The position numbers and the translations under genes are program-made. A stretch of 64,000 nucleotides of DNA, from positions 32,001 to 96,000 of the IMG/VR virus record IMGVR_UViG_3300035681_000001. One strand, written 5' to 3'. Under the pieces are notes generated by a model that saw only the letters and a program-made list of their open reading frames with translations, was not told the DNA's origin and did not search any database. This document shows, one piece after another, positions 27,923 to 40,300 of this stretch. The DNA comes from a virus. The stretch's first letter is position 1, and each line of letters begins with the position of its first letter.

Positions 27923-28653
27923 TGTCTAACTCTAAGTCGCCTTATTTCCAAGTTCTGTCCCGCAAAAGGTCGTGGGCCCCCGTGGCTATCCAACGACAAG
28001 CACTCAAACCAGGTGCTGAAGAATCTATCTACCGAGCTCTGGCGCTAAGGTGCCTGGAGCTGCCGGTAAAAGAATTCTTAGCCCAAGGTCTTAAAGGTGA
28101 ATTGCCCAAAACACCAGGAGTAATAGAAATCCTAGAGTCCAATCAAGCCGATGAAGATCGGCACGACTTGGCTTTTGAGTACGCTATCCAAGCACATGGC
28201 ACAGACTTTAAGTCTGAAAAAGAAGCACAACACATCCTTAAGACTATGCTTGAGGATCCTTCACACCCAATCCTTAAGGCAGCTATTTTAGAGCGTTCAG
28301 TGTTCTTTGTGTTGCTGCCCTTTTACCGCTATAACGGTGACAAAGGATTACGCACTATTGCTAATGACATTTCTAGGGACGAACAAACACACGTAACCTC
28401 ACACCACATGATCTGTAAAGAACTAGGTGTGAAGCCATCCGCGTCTCTAAACCGTCTACGCCGTGCAATCGTAGCGTGGGTTATGGAACCTCTAGAATCC
28501 ACTGACAACAAGTGGCAGTCTAAAGACTTCTGGCTTAAGCAATCAGATGAGCTTTATTCTAAAGGTGTAGCTTCTGGCCTAGCAGCTACTAACGCCTCTG
28601 CAATGCCGGCGTTCTTTGAATCGTCAAATACTAATCTACCAAGCTACGCTTGA
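27919..28653 (+). CDS. nrdB: ribonucleotide reductase class I beta subunit
   Basis: LELPV, DEDRH, LERSVFF, DISRDEQTHV di-metal motifs; ATGA-coupled to nrdA. Confidence 0.9.
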   Translation: MMSNSKSPYFQVLSRKRSWAPVAIQRQALKPGAEESIYRALALRCLELPVKEFLAQGLKGELPKTPGVIEILESNQADEDRHDLAFEYAIQAHGTDFKSEKEAQHILKTMLEDPSHPILKAAILERSVFFVLLPFYRYNGDKGLRTIANDISRDEQTHVTSHHMICKELGVKPSASLNRLRRAIVAWVMEPLESTDNKWQSKDFWLKQSDELYSKGVASGLAATNASAMPAFFESSNTNLPSYA

Positions 28654-28657
28654 CAAC

Positions 28658-28685
28658 ACCCCCTGGGTAGCCCCAGGGGTTTTTT
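28658..28685 (+). terminator. intrinsic terminator after the nrd genes
   Basis: CCCCTGGG-TAGC-CCCAGGGG followed by T6. Confidence 0.85.
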
Positions 28686-28697
28686 AATGCTCGAACC

Positions 28698-29225
28698 ATG
28701 CAAGTCAAAGTCTTAAACGACGCCCAACTGGCTACACAAGTCTTTACCGAAGACTCACTAGTAATTTGTATAGTAGATCCAGAAGAAGCAATCCCTGATG
28801 CTATAGGGTCAGACGACTCTACTGCAACTAACGTACTGTTTTTAGACTTTAAAGATCAAAATCCAGAAACCCAAGAACAGTTTGATGACTACGAGTCACA
28901 CTTTAATTTAGAAGAAGTTACTGAAGTCCTACAAAGTCTAGAGGACCCTTCAATAGATGTAACTTACGTCTATTCCACGCAAACTACAGCTAGGGCTCTA
29001 GCAGTAGCTGCCGGGTTACTAAGTGCTACAGAAAAAGACTGTAAAGAAGTAATGTACCAGATCGTCAGTCAAGATCCTACTACTCATCCTAACTACTGGG
29101 TAGTAGCAATGTTTGACTACATGCTAGGGTTATCCGGTAAACTCACCACCGCTGCTGATGACTACCTAGCTACTGGACAAGTAATCAGTAAAACTGGACA
29201 AGTCATTAGTGGTGTAAGTCAGTAG
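28698..29225 (+). CDS. protein-tyrosine-phosphatase-like protein with catalytic Cys replaced by Ser
   Basis: ICIVDP...LFLDFKD...YVYSTQTTARALAVA...HPNYWVV..FD.MLG follows the small bacterial/phage PTP (COG5350-like) layout; CX5R appears as SX5R. Confidence 0.65.
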   Translation: MQVKVLNDAQLATQVFTEDSLVICIVDPEEAIPDAIGSDDSTATNVLFLDFKDQNPETQEQFDDYESHFNLEEVTEVLQSLEDPSIDVTYVYSTQTTARALAVAAGLLSATEKDCKEVMYQIVSQDPTTHPNYWVVAMFDYMLGLSGKLTTAADDYLATGQVISKTGQVISGVSQ

Positions 29226-29401
29226 TGTACTCACTAAATCGGTACGCTTACACGTGCCACCACTGGTTAGCTCACCAACTAGGTACCAACCAAGGTGAAG
29301 TAGTTACTTGGTGGGTCAACGACCATTTAATGGTAGGGTTTAAGTGTGAATGCGGTAAAGTATTGGGTACCCACGAATGCACTTCAGTCCCTAAACCTTA
29401 A
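29225..29401 (+). CDS. small hypothetical protein (58 aa, not in track)
   Basis: TAGTG coupling; ...HWLAHQLGTNQGEVVTWW...GFKCECG. Confidence 0.55.
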   Translation: MYSLNRYAYTCHHWLAHQLGTNQGEVVTWWVNDHLMVGFKCECGKVLGTHECTSVPKP

Positions 29402-29562
29402 TGAGATTCCGTACCCCCACCAAACTAGAACTTTTCATTGATGGGTTTCATTACATTTGTTCAGCTCTAGAGCATCGTAACCAAACCAACAACTGGAGCC
29501 GTAACGTGGCTTTTTGGCAAGACTTAAATGTCGGGTGGTACGATATGTATATTTTAGATTAA
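29401..29562 (+). CDS. small hypothetical protein (53 aa, not in track)
   Basis: TAATG coupling; MRFRTPTKLELF... Confidence 0.5.
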   Translation: MRFRTPTKLELFIDGFHYICSALEHRNQTNNWSRNVAFWQDLNVGWYDMYILD

Positions 29563-29595
29563 CGGACACACTACGTAGTAACCTTTGGGATTTGT

Positions 29596-30075
29596 ATGAC
29601 TAACAGCTCAGTTGATGGCCAGTATTCAGACCCTCTTTTTTCAGTTCCTTTTGTTACTCTAGGACTAGTACAAGACGTAAGTGAATTGCGAGTTATTGTA
29701 CATAGTAAGACTGGGTTCAAATATACCTACACAGCTGAATATAACTTCAAAGTAGGAAGAGAGCTGGTTATAGCTAGTGTGAATCTAAGGTCTAAAAGTC
29801 CATTTACCGGATCGCAACAGTTTTTGGCAGAGCGGCGCATTAGTGAGTCTCGTGCGAACCTACTAAACGCAGTAAAAGCATACCAAAACCCTAAAGTAAC
29901 ACCTCAAGATAGCTTTGATGAGATGGTAAGTAGGCTTGCAGTGAAAACTCAACTTAGTAGGACCGAAGTTCTCCAGAGTGCTGTAAATTTGTACTCCTCA
30001 TGGAGCACTAAAAGGTGGGATCAATGGTGTGCAGAAAATCCAGGTGCTCAAGAATGTAAAATGTATGACGTATGA
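29596..30075 (+). CDS. hypothetical protein
   Basis: 159-aa ORF. Confidence 0.65.
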   Translation: MTNSSVDGQYSDPLFSVPFVTLGLVQDVSELRVIVHSKTGFKYTYTAEYNFKVGRELVIASVNLRSKSPFTGSQQFLAERRISESRANLLNAVKAYQNPKVTPQDSFDEMVSRLAVKTQLSRTEVLQSAVNLYSSWSTKRWDQWCAENPGAQECKMYDV

Positions 30076-30268
30076 TACTGGTTACCTAAAAGAACGTATA
30101 GGCGGTGGAAATCCTTACTGCCGCTGTGCATACTGTAAAGTATCAGATCCACAAATTAACGGAGAACTAGAAAACCATGCTGATTGGTGTGAATATAAAC
30201 AACGAAAGCTACTTGAGCAAAAAGTAGAACTCCTAAAACTTGATTACCAAGTAGAAAGAAAAAAGTAG
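30065..30268 (+). CDS. small Cys/His-rich hypothetical protein
   Basis: YCRCAYC...H..WC; likely start at 30065. Confidence 0.6.
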   Translation: MTYDTGYLKERIGGGNPYCRCAYCKVSDPQINGELENHADWCEYKQRKLLEQKVELLKLDYQVERKK

Positions 30269-30325
30269 TAAAGAATAATATAAAGTACACATAGTAGAAA
30301 AACTAGTTACCCAAACCCAAACCTC

Positions 30326-30724
30326 ATGCATCTAGATGGTATTGCCTCAGTTCCTAAAACCCCTACAAACCTTGATTTAACAGCTAATAACAGATTTACT
30401 GTTCCTGTAACAGTAGTACTGTCGGCTGTTGACGAGCTGAAATTACACAAGTTCTTAAACCTACACTACTTAGGTGATGAAGAAGCAAATGAGCTGATAA
30501 CCTGCGATAACCAACCATATGGTTTGTACCCTAAATACCCTGAAAAAGAGACAGACGACTTTAAAGCCGCCGTTAACCGTATTTGCCAGGAGCACACAGT
30601 TAACCTAGTAGTAACGTATGACGTACTAGGAAAGGCCACTTTTGAACTTGAAAACCCTAACCTAAAGGAGTATCACACGAAATGCTCACTAAAAGAAATC
30701 AAACCCGCTACAAAAAAAGTGTAA
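30326..30724 (+). CDS. hypothetical protein
   Basis: 132-aa ORF. Confidence 0.65.
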   Translation: MHLDGIASVPKTPTNLDLTANNRFTVPVTVVLSAVDELKLHKFLNLHYLGDEEANELITCDNQPYGLYPKYPEKETDDFKAAVNRICQEHTVNLVVTYDVLGKATFELENPNLKEYHTKCSLKEIKPATKKV

Positions 30725-30750
30725 ACTACCACTAGTTTGTACTTACCTCT

Positions 30751-30945
30751 ATGACCTCAGAGTTCCCCGGCGTCTACGAGTTGCTAATCCGCGAGCCTAA
30801 AGGTTCCGCACCTAAAACACTAGTAATAACCTACGTCAATAACTCCAATCCTGGTTCAGTAATTACCTACAAAGGAATAGATTACACAGTAATAAACCGT
30901 TCTGGTTTGCCGCCTACTGGTCAGCTGCTGTTGCGCCGGATTTAA
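30751..30945 (+). CDS. hypothetical protein
   Basis: 64-aa ORF. Confidence 0.55.
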   Translation: MTSEFPGVYELLIREPKGSAPKTLVITYVNNSNPGSVITYKGIDYTVINRSGLPPTGQLLLRRI

Positions 30946-30986
30946 TCCGTAGGTTACCTTAGACAACCTAACTATTTACCACCCTA

Positions 30987-31232
30987 ATGTTAAACTACTG
31001 TCTAAGCTACTTAGTGCTTACGTGGGCTGTAGCTTATGGTTTTTGGATCGCTATAGGCCGCACTAGTTTAGTATATGCAAACGACAGAAAAGCACTACGG
31101 GCATTAATATGCTTGGTTGGAAGTTTAATGTGGCCACTAGGTGCTTTGTGGGCTACAACATACGGAACAACTAAAGTCTTAAGCTGCGGATGTGATAAAT
31201 TATTTGAGTTAACAGTCAAACTCTTAGACTAA
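30987..31232 (+). CDS. small membrane protein
   Basis: Two hydrophobic helices. Confidence 0.6.
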   Translation: MLNYCLSYLVLTWAVAYGFWIAIGRTSLVYANDRKALRALICLVGSLMWPLGALWATTYGTTKVLSCGCDKLFELTVKLLD

Positions 31233-31237
31233 AGCTA

Positions 31238-31309
31238 AGCCCCCTACGAGGAATCGAACCCGCAACGGTATCTTACAAGGATACTGTTTTACCTTTAAAC
31301 TAAGAGGGC
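31238..31309 (-). tRNA. tRNA-Thr (UGU)
   Basis: GCCCTCT/AGGGGGC acceptor stem; GTATC-CTTGTAA-GATAC anticodon arm; GGG-TTCGATT-CC T loop with one bulged base in the T stem; no encoded CCA. Confidence 0.9.
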
Positions 31310-31327
31310 AGCTTTATATTATACCAG

Positions 31328-34300
31328 CTACCCTAGTTGATTGCCCATACGCGGGCCAGTAGGCGTCCAATGCCCTGAGCCCCGATGACCTAAAGGCATA
31401 GGTTCGTGTGCAGCTGCTGCAGATTGTCGGTGGCTACCAGCAGGGTCATGCCCTATGCTTTCCACTAGAGTAGTGTATTTCTGAACCAAGCTGATACGTG
31501 CCACTTCTCCCTTTACTTCAGTTTCTTTAGTAGCTACTAGCTGCTTATCATCCCGAACTACCTTAAGCATGGGCTCTGCGTGTTGACTTGCTTTAGGATT
31601 TTGGTTTTCTACCACCACTTGGTGGTTTACTGGTGCTTTAGGTGTAGTTACTAAAGCTGCTGCACCTGCAGCCACTAAAGCTAATACCGCTGCCTGGCGT
31701 TCAGGAGCTACAGCTGAAGCTATCTCAACCTGAGTTTGTCTGATACTAGACTCGTAACTAACTTCAGGTAAGACAACACGTTGTACTGGATGTCTGGTCT
31801 TAACAGGATTTATGGGTATAACTACAGCAGGTTTAGGTACTAAACCACCACCTTTAGCACCTACACCTCGAAGTGCATTTTGAGGCGTAGGTAATACTGG
31901 AGCTTTAGGTAAGGTAGTGTTAATTACATCTCTAGCATGTACTACAGAAACACCGGATTGAGTTTCAAAATAACCAGACAAGCCTGTCCCACCCTGCTTA
32001 ACTGTAACTTTACCTGCAGAAGGAGCAATAAATTTCTTTAGGGTGTCGAAGTTAATATCAATAGCATATTTAGGATCATGGTGACCCATAACACCTCTAG
32101 CTATAGCAGACTTTATCTCAGCATCAGAAGACTTACGAGTCAACCAAATAGATCCACCGCGAGAACCTTGCAAACCGTGTATTTCAATACGCTGCTCTCC
32201 CTGCCTAAAGCCTTCTTTAATAAAAGAAAAAGCATAAGTTTGCAGCAAACTAGCTTCTTGAGCTGTTTGTTGGCCTCGCAAAACATGTGAGCCACCGCGT
32301 TGATTAAGACCTAGGTGAGCATGTATAAAAGAACCGCCCCTAGAGTCCCTATCATTAGTTACGTAAACGGGCCGATCTCCACCAGTACCTGACCTAAATA
32401 GACCCCCTATAATATCAACTGGTGTAGTAGGACGTATAGCATCTGGACTTGCCAAGTACCTACGTCGTGTCTCCCACATCAATTCAGGACTCATAGTAAT
32501 AGTTGCTCGGTTACGACCGACATGGTTATATTGACCACGACCAGAAGCATTTTTAACAGAAGCCCACTCACCGGCTAAAGCATCAATAGCAGCTCTTACA
32601 TTATTGGACTTACCCCTTAAAAAAGCTGCCAGTGCAGGCTGCTTACTACCTATCATTAAAGCAATAGCAGCTCTATCTTGGTTATAGGGACTAAAAACAT
32701 CAGTAGTCTTAAGACCCGCATCACGCATAGCTATTTTGAGGGTACTAGGTATAAACTGAGGAGCACCAACAGCATGGAGTCCGGCAGCTTGCCGCCTCAT
32801 TACTTCTCCAAAAGTCATAGAGCTAAGGCCAGGTAAGCCTCCAGGAGTATCACCAGCATTACCTCGGTTTACTGAGTTATAGCCACCTTCGCCAGCATAA
32901 ATAACTCGTAATAAAGGAGTAAAAGCACTTACTGAAGCTACATAAGCACTACCAGTAAGCTCACCTAAAGCACTACCTAAACCATCAGTAGCACCTTGAG
33001 CAAAAGATCCCACACGCCTAAAAGTTTCAGTAGCTAAACCAGTTAAGTCTTTAACACGGTCAGCAGCCCACTGAAAAAGATCCCAAGACTTTTGCTCGTT
33101 AGTCTGCCTAAAAGTTTGCTCACTAACCCACCGTTGTTGTTTACGTGTTTTTTGATAAGCGGTTTTTTGAGCAGCTATTTTACGCTTTTGAGCAGCTATG
33201 TAGTCATACATAACTTGTTCAGTAGGCTGCAGCGTTAAGTTAGAAAACTTACCTGGAGTAGCTGCCGCTGCTGAACCACCACCAAAGACAGAAGAAAACC
33301 CCCAAAGAGCTAAACCAGCAATCGCTGTACCTAGCCAAGCTGCAGCATCACCAGCTCGGGTGATCATGTTACCCGCAAATCGACTTACCAACTCAAAGTC
33401 ACGCTTACCAGCTTGAGCTTCAGGCGTATTAGCTAAAGACTCACCTTTAAGTAGTTTGTCACGGAAAGATTCATCAGCTTGAACAGCTGCTCTGACTTTA
33501 TTTCCGTAAGGTGTATCAGAAGCTATCAAACCAGCTTGTAGTACTTCTAAGCCAATAATGGCTAGATTCCCGCGTCCTACTGCACCTTCCCCTACTAACC
33601 TACGTAAACCCCTAAAACCCCCACGAGTGCTAGTAGTTGGACTGCTACTAGGACTAGCACCAGCACCACCTCCGGCATTACCACCACCCGTACCACCCCG
33701 AGGGCCGCCACCACCCTTAAAGAAATTCAACAACGCAATACCACCAGCAGCAGCACCAATCGTATTAGACACAGTACCAATATTATCGTCATCCATAGAT
33801 TCATAACCAGGTAGCTTATAAGTGCGCCAGGTTCTCATAGCTATGGAGCTAAGTTGTTTAGCTATAAGTGCCGGAGCAGCCACACGAGCTACAGAACTAA
33901 ACAACCCACCTACGCGAGCAGCAGAAAATAAAGACTGTAAACCAGTAAACAGAATAGTAGAAGTTACAGCTGCACCTAAAGCAGACACACCTGCATCCAC
34001 TAGACTTTTACCAGAATTAACCGCTTCGTCTATTACGTTGAGTACAGTTAAACCAGTACCTAATTTGCCACCTATCAACGTCTTGGCCCAACCTAAGGGG
34101 CTGGCTAGTAAGTTAACCCCTTTTTGCCATAAATTAGGAGAACCAAAACCTTTAGTAGGTCTAGCATACTGAGCTCTGAAATAATCAAAGAAGCGACCTT
34201 TAAAAGTAGACCTGGTACTATCCTGTATTATGGAGTCCCTAAAACCAGCGTCTTGGTAATTAGCCAAACTAACAGCTGCCGCCTCCCAAGGTCTTGATCT

Positions 34301-37300
34301 AGGGTCGTTCTGCATTAAGTAAACTTGAGTACCTGCAATAGCACCTAAACTCTGACTAACGTTAAAAGCAATCAATAGTGTATTAGCTACTGCTAGAGAA
34401 TTACTACGAAATGGAGAACGAATAAGACGAGCAGCTAAAGGCGCTAACAAAGAAGCAGCTATTAGTCCACCTGCACGTTGATATAAACCCAACTCAGCAT
34501 AACCTTGGGGGTTATATTTACCTGCAGCTTGCATACTCTGAGCAATCTGGGATGTCCTGAAAGAACGGACCGGATCCCAACTTAAAGCAGCTCCAGCTAC
34601 CGTGGACCAAATAGCCGTGCTAACACTACCCCTTAAAATAGAACCAAACAATGCATTTTGCAAAGGCTGAAACTCTTGGTCAACAGCCTCTGAACTTAGT
34701 TGCCACGCTGTACGATTTGGTTTCAGTAAACTACCGCTTAGCAAATTAGCAAGCGAAGAAGTTGCTAGTGTTAGGGTTCCAGCTATTCCAGAAAGCCTAG
34801 ACAACGCAGTTTTTGACAACCGTCTAATACCTAGGTTTAAACCTATTACCGCAGCTGCACCCAACCCAACGCGTGTGATATTCCTACGATTAGCACCTGC
34901 AGGATCTAGTTGGTCTTCTTGGTAAAACTGATCAGTAACAGCGTCAGCTAACGGGTTATCTTTGACTAAATCCTGCATTAAGAAAAACGTACCAAAAACT
35001 TGTCGGCTACGACCACCGGCAGCAGTAACAGCCAAACCCGCTGCGTTCTGAAAAAACTCAGAATAAGCAGTTTGGTACTGAACCCTACGTGAGTCACCGT
35101 TTAGTTGACTAACACCCAAACCAGAAGATATTAGGCCCCCATAAACAGCAGCAAAACGACCTAGTTTACCTGCTAATCCACCTACTAACTTACGTGCTGC
35201 AATAAACTTCTCATTTTGTAAAACCTTAGTTTTAAACTCCCTAAGAGCAGGGCGTATGTTTAGTACCCCAAGAAACTGTTGGACATTTTGGAAAAACTTA
35301 TCTATACCGCTGCCTACAGCACCTATACGAGTGCCTTTAAAAGCACCAAATACTCGTTTAATACCCGTTGTTCCTAAGGCACCATAAACACCATAACCTA
35401 CAAGTGCTAGAAAACCAGCCAAAGCGGGTAGTTTAAACACCCCTAAAGAATTAAGGTTGTGAACCGGGAGCAAAGGCAGCAACGCTAACAGACCTAAACC
35501 CATACCGGTGTATCTATTCTTAAGAATTCTTCTCCAAGTAGGAAGAATTCCTAAACGTTGGCTACCAACGTAACTCTTAAAACTTAAGGGTGTATCAGCT
35601 GCAGGCGTGGGCTCAGGTAAAGCTGTTGCTACAGTTGCAGTAGTTATAGGTCCCATACCAGGAGAACCAGGTCCTCGGGGACCACTAAAACCTTTAGGTC
35701 CAGGTAAGCGCACACTAGAGTCTCTAGTTACTGTTGTTACTTCAGGCTCTATATTGACACCTTCCAAATACGTCGCGTAGCCTTTTTGTAGATGCCTGAA
35801 GTACGCATACGAACCTGCACCCACAACAGTACCTGCCGCAGTAGACAAATGGTAGTCTTCTCCATAATCAAAACCCCAGTTTTTACTAGTATTGTCACCT
35901 AGGTAGTTAAAAAGACTAGTAAAAGCAAACGCACCTACACCAGCCGCTAAACCATAACGACCTACACGTGAAACTTGACTCTTACCGTAAACGTAAGCGC
36001 TTTCTTGGGGGTTCCACCTACGAGCACTATCAATACCCAACATAATCTCAAAAGTAGAAGCCGAAGCTAGCCCCAGCCCAAACTTAAGGCGGTTACGGTC
36101 CTGTTCATTTAAGTTGGCAGCAGTAGCGTAATAGTCACCTACAGCATCTCCTAATAACCACACACCTAAACCACCTAAAGCAGCACTAGGTGCTAGAGCG
36201 CCCAAAAACTTGCTGTTCTTAGAAAAACCTTTACCTAAAGCCCTAAAAGTAATGCGGTTACTAAGACCTGCAAACCTAAGACCCCCCACAGTAAACCGCC
36301 GGGTTTGGTTAGCTAACCAACTAATAGCGGGCTCAGTAGTACGGTTGGCTACTCTACCTATACCACTACCTAAAGCCTTTAGATCAGTTGTGAACTCTGA
36401 TTGACTTACTTTGTCACCTAGGGTCTTAAAGTCCCGGTATACAGTACTCGCACCGGTTAAAAACGTACCCCAATAACCTTTGTTGCTAGCTTTAGAACTA
36501 CGCCACGCCAAACCAGCAGCAGTTTGTAGTAAAGAATAGTCATAATTAGCTGGTTGGGGGCGAGTGTAATAAAAGTTAGCAGCTGTGGTGTCTACCATAA
36601 ACTGGCGCTGTCTCATAGCTGAAAGCATCAAGTTACTTACTAGAGACTGCGACCTAAAACCACCCTGGGTAAGTACTCTTTCTGCATAACCCGAGCTACC
36701 AAAATAACGAGCATCAAATTCTGGTTCTGGGTCGTATACTGACCTACCCATTAAGGCTGGGCTGAACAATGCATCGTCTAGCTCATTAGGTAAACTAGTA
36801 GCCCTAAACAACCGGCGTTTTTGCATCGTTTCTGCACGCGTATTAGCATCTTCTCCGTATTCTTCCATACGTGGTCCTTGCCAACTACTAGCTGTAGGTA
36901 GCAAGCCGGTTTGCTCTTCCATAAAAGACCTAACCGTTTCTGGCAGCAGAAAACGAGCTATAATACCAAAACCAGGTACGTTTAAGGCTTTCTTACGAAT
37001 TGCATACAGCGCAGGATCTAAGATCCGAGCGACGGTATTCAACCCACTTAAAGCAGTCTTTACCAAAGGAGCTTGACCTACCGCCGCTAGGCCAGAAGCT
37101 AAAAAGGCAGTAGTAGGCTTGATAAAGTTTTCGTTTACTGTGTCTGAAACACCTGACAAAAAGTTTTGAACACCGTTGTTGGTAATTCGATTTAGCCCTA
37201 CGTAAGTACCTACGGCTGCCAAACCAGCAAACGTAGCAAAAGTGGGGCTGGTAGACCATGCTTTACGTAACAGAGCAAAAATACCTAAACCAGCCGCTAG

Positions 37301-40300
37301 CTCCCCGCTCTTAGCAACTACAAAATATCCAGCTCGTGTTCGTACTGATTCACTAGTAGAGCCTAGGTAAGAACCAGCAGACAGCAGCTCATAAGCTTGG
37401 ACTAAATTAAAGTAGTCTATCAGCGTACTAGTACTGCCGGTTATACCTTCACGAACTAAACCAGAGTAACCTCTTTGCCTAAAGGTTTCATTGATAGCCT
37501 TTACTATAGTATCCGTTGGAATACTATCTGATGCCCAACGTTGAGTGCCTTTACCAGTATAACGACCCGCTAGTGACCTATCAGTTTCTTCAGTATTTTC
37601 CAAGAAACTTTCGTGTACTAGCAGAGCAGCATTAACGTAGTGGTTTAGAGCGTGCAGGCGTTTTGACTCAGCATCAAGTATCCGTGAGCCCCTCACGTTT
37701 CTTTCTAAACCGTATTGTTCAATGATGTTATTTGTACGACGCGGATCATATTCTTTGCCGTAAATCTGTTGGGCAAAGTTTTGTTGGTCCGTAGCACCAC
37801 CGTACATACGAGCCATGTCGTCTAGCAAGGTTTGTTTAATATTTTGAGGTGATAGCTGCTCGTCAGTTAAACTAAACATGCTATTTCGAGCAGTGTTATA
37901 AGCGTCAGCTACTTGAGAGCTAGCACTAGCACTAGGAACACTTACTTTTATCTGAGGATTAGTAGTACCCCCACCACTACGAAGACTAAACTCGTATGCC
38001 TCACCTTTAGCAACTACGTTAAAGGTAGCTGTAGCTCGACTCCTAATGTCTGTTTCTGCAGGTACATAAGGCTTAACTTTAGAAGAAGCAGCAAAAGTAA
38101 TACCAGCTAAACTAATAGCGCCTAAAGAAGCCAAACTTGCAAAAGCAAGTGTAGAAAACAACGCACCACCAAAAACGGCAGAAGGCAAAGAGCCTTCTTG
38201 AAAAGACTGAGCCGTAGCTTTTAAGGTACTAGTAAAGTAAGAGAAAAACGGGGTACGACCTAAGATTTGTTCTTGGTAGTAACCTGTGTAGTTCCCTAAT
38301 TCATCACCTGAAGATTTACCAGTAGCGTAGTCCAAAAAGTCATAGAACCCTTTCTTAAAAAGGTCTACTGAAGCTTCACCGCCTACTCGCGCAGAAAAGT
38401 TATCTATGTTAGGAAAGTAAACTTTGCCCTTTTTAGATAGAGCCTGAGCTACGTTGGTCTCATGAAGCAGACCCATCAAGATTTCTACCGGTCTTTGGTT
38501 AGAAATTCGGATTAGTTCTTGCTGCCTTACACGAATAGCAGCAGATAAACCTTGACTGGTACCTAGTTGGTTGTATTCTTCAGGTCGCGCGGCTTTTTGA
38601 ATAGTTGCAGGTTGTTGCCTAGGTACAGCACTAAAGATTGAGTAAAGAGCTGAGGTTGAATTACGACTGGTTTTATACAAAGACTGCAGTAAGTAAACCT
38701 GATCCTTAGTAACCGACAACCCCTTTATCATTGCTAGTTCTGAACCTGAAATATCTGTGTAAGCACTAGTAGCTTGCACGTAACCTCTAAAACCATTTTT
38801 AGACTCTGACAGACCTAAAGGTCCTATCAAAGAAGCAAACATATTAGGGTTGTCTTGATAAGCTCCGGTTAGCTTTTGAATATTCCAGGCACCTGTAATG
38901 GTACTGCCAGCTTGTTCCAGTAACCCCAAAATGCCTGGGTTCTGTTTAGGGACATTAGCGTATCTAGCCCGTCGAGCTAAAGCTAATTGAGCCTGCGTAT
39001 AGTTATTTTGACCACCAAAGTGAAAAATCAGCATGGCGTTTTGCAGCCAGCTCATCTCTCCTTTGGGACCTATAGTAAGCTGATTACCAGCTGCTAAAAC
39101 AGCTGCAGCTAAGCTGTAAACCGCTGCGTATTTAACACCCTTACGAGCTGCCAGGTTAAAGCGTAAACCAGCAGTCTCTACCAAAGCAGGTCTTAAAGAC
39201 TGTAGGTGTAATAAAGCATCACTTTTACCTTTAGCAGCACCCAACGCTGCTGCCAGAGTTTTTACTGATTCGTCTCCTAAACCTAAACCTCTTAAAACCC
39301 CTTTATCACTTGCGTTAAACTTACGCTCATACGCATCCCAAATACCTTTTTGGTATCGAGCTGTAGTCCCAACAAATTCAAAATTAGGGTCACCAAAACG
39401 ACTGAACTTCTCAGCCCCAGCAAACACGCCGGCCCTAGCTAAAGCTGTACCGTAGTAAGCACCAAAAAACCCACCTATGTACAACTGCCTAAAGAAATTA
39501 TCCCGCGCTACGTTACCTGCAGACCAATTAGGGTCTTGAGCTTGTGTAGCTTGAGACTCATAGATCAAAGCTAACGGATTAAAAACCGAAGAATTAGGAG
39601 AAACTAAAGAACTATACGCTAAATAAGGCAGCAAATAAGGGGCTAGTGCTCTCAACGCGCTGCCTCTACGCATAGCACCTACAGTAGGTGAGGTATCAAG
39701 TAGAGTCCCAAAGGCACCTTTTATTAAGTTAGGTGCTACCAAAGTAGGAACTTGAGCCCAAGTAATAACTCGCTTAGTCATACGACCAGCAAAACCAATC
39801 AAGTCACGGGAAACAGAACCCTTTGGGTCTGCTGCACCGACAACGTTTTGGTTTCTGACAGCACGATAAACAGAACCCAAATAGCTAAGGGCACCTACTG
39901 TTCCTAGTGCAGCGTAAGTTTGTGATTCAGGAAAGAAAGTTACTACTGAGGCTAAGTCAGCAGCTTTACCCCAAAACAGTGCTGATTGTTCATCGTCATA
40001 AAACCTAGAGTCACTAACTAAACCAGCTCTTTTTTCCAGTAACCGCTGCATACGGGTTTTAGTTGCCCCGAAACTAAAACCAAAAGGTGCCATTGGTGTA
40101 GAACCAGCACCTAAAACAGGCATAAATTGGAAGCCAGCTCCTAGAGCCGTAACACCAGTTCTAGGATCTGAACGACCTACTACAGCAAACTGGAAGATAG
40201 GTGTAGGTATTTGTGCAGCAAAACTATAAGTGATGTCTTGTCGAGTAATGTCAGGAACACTCAACCGTTTTGCTAAATCACTTAAAGTTTGAGCACGAGC

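Noticed and set aside
35640-35710. Collagen-like GPKGFSGPRGP stretch in the giant protein
   Set aside because: Only about four G-X-Y triplets, too short for a triple helix; likely a linker
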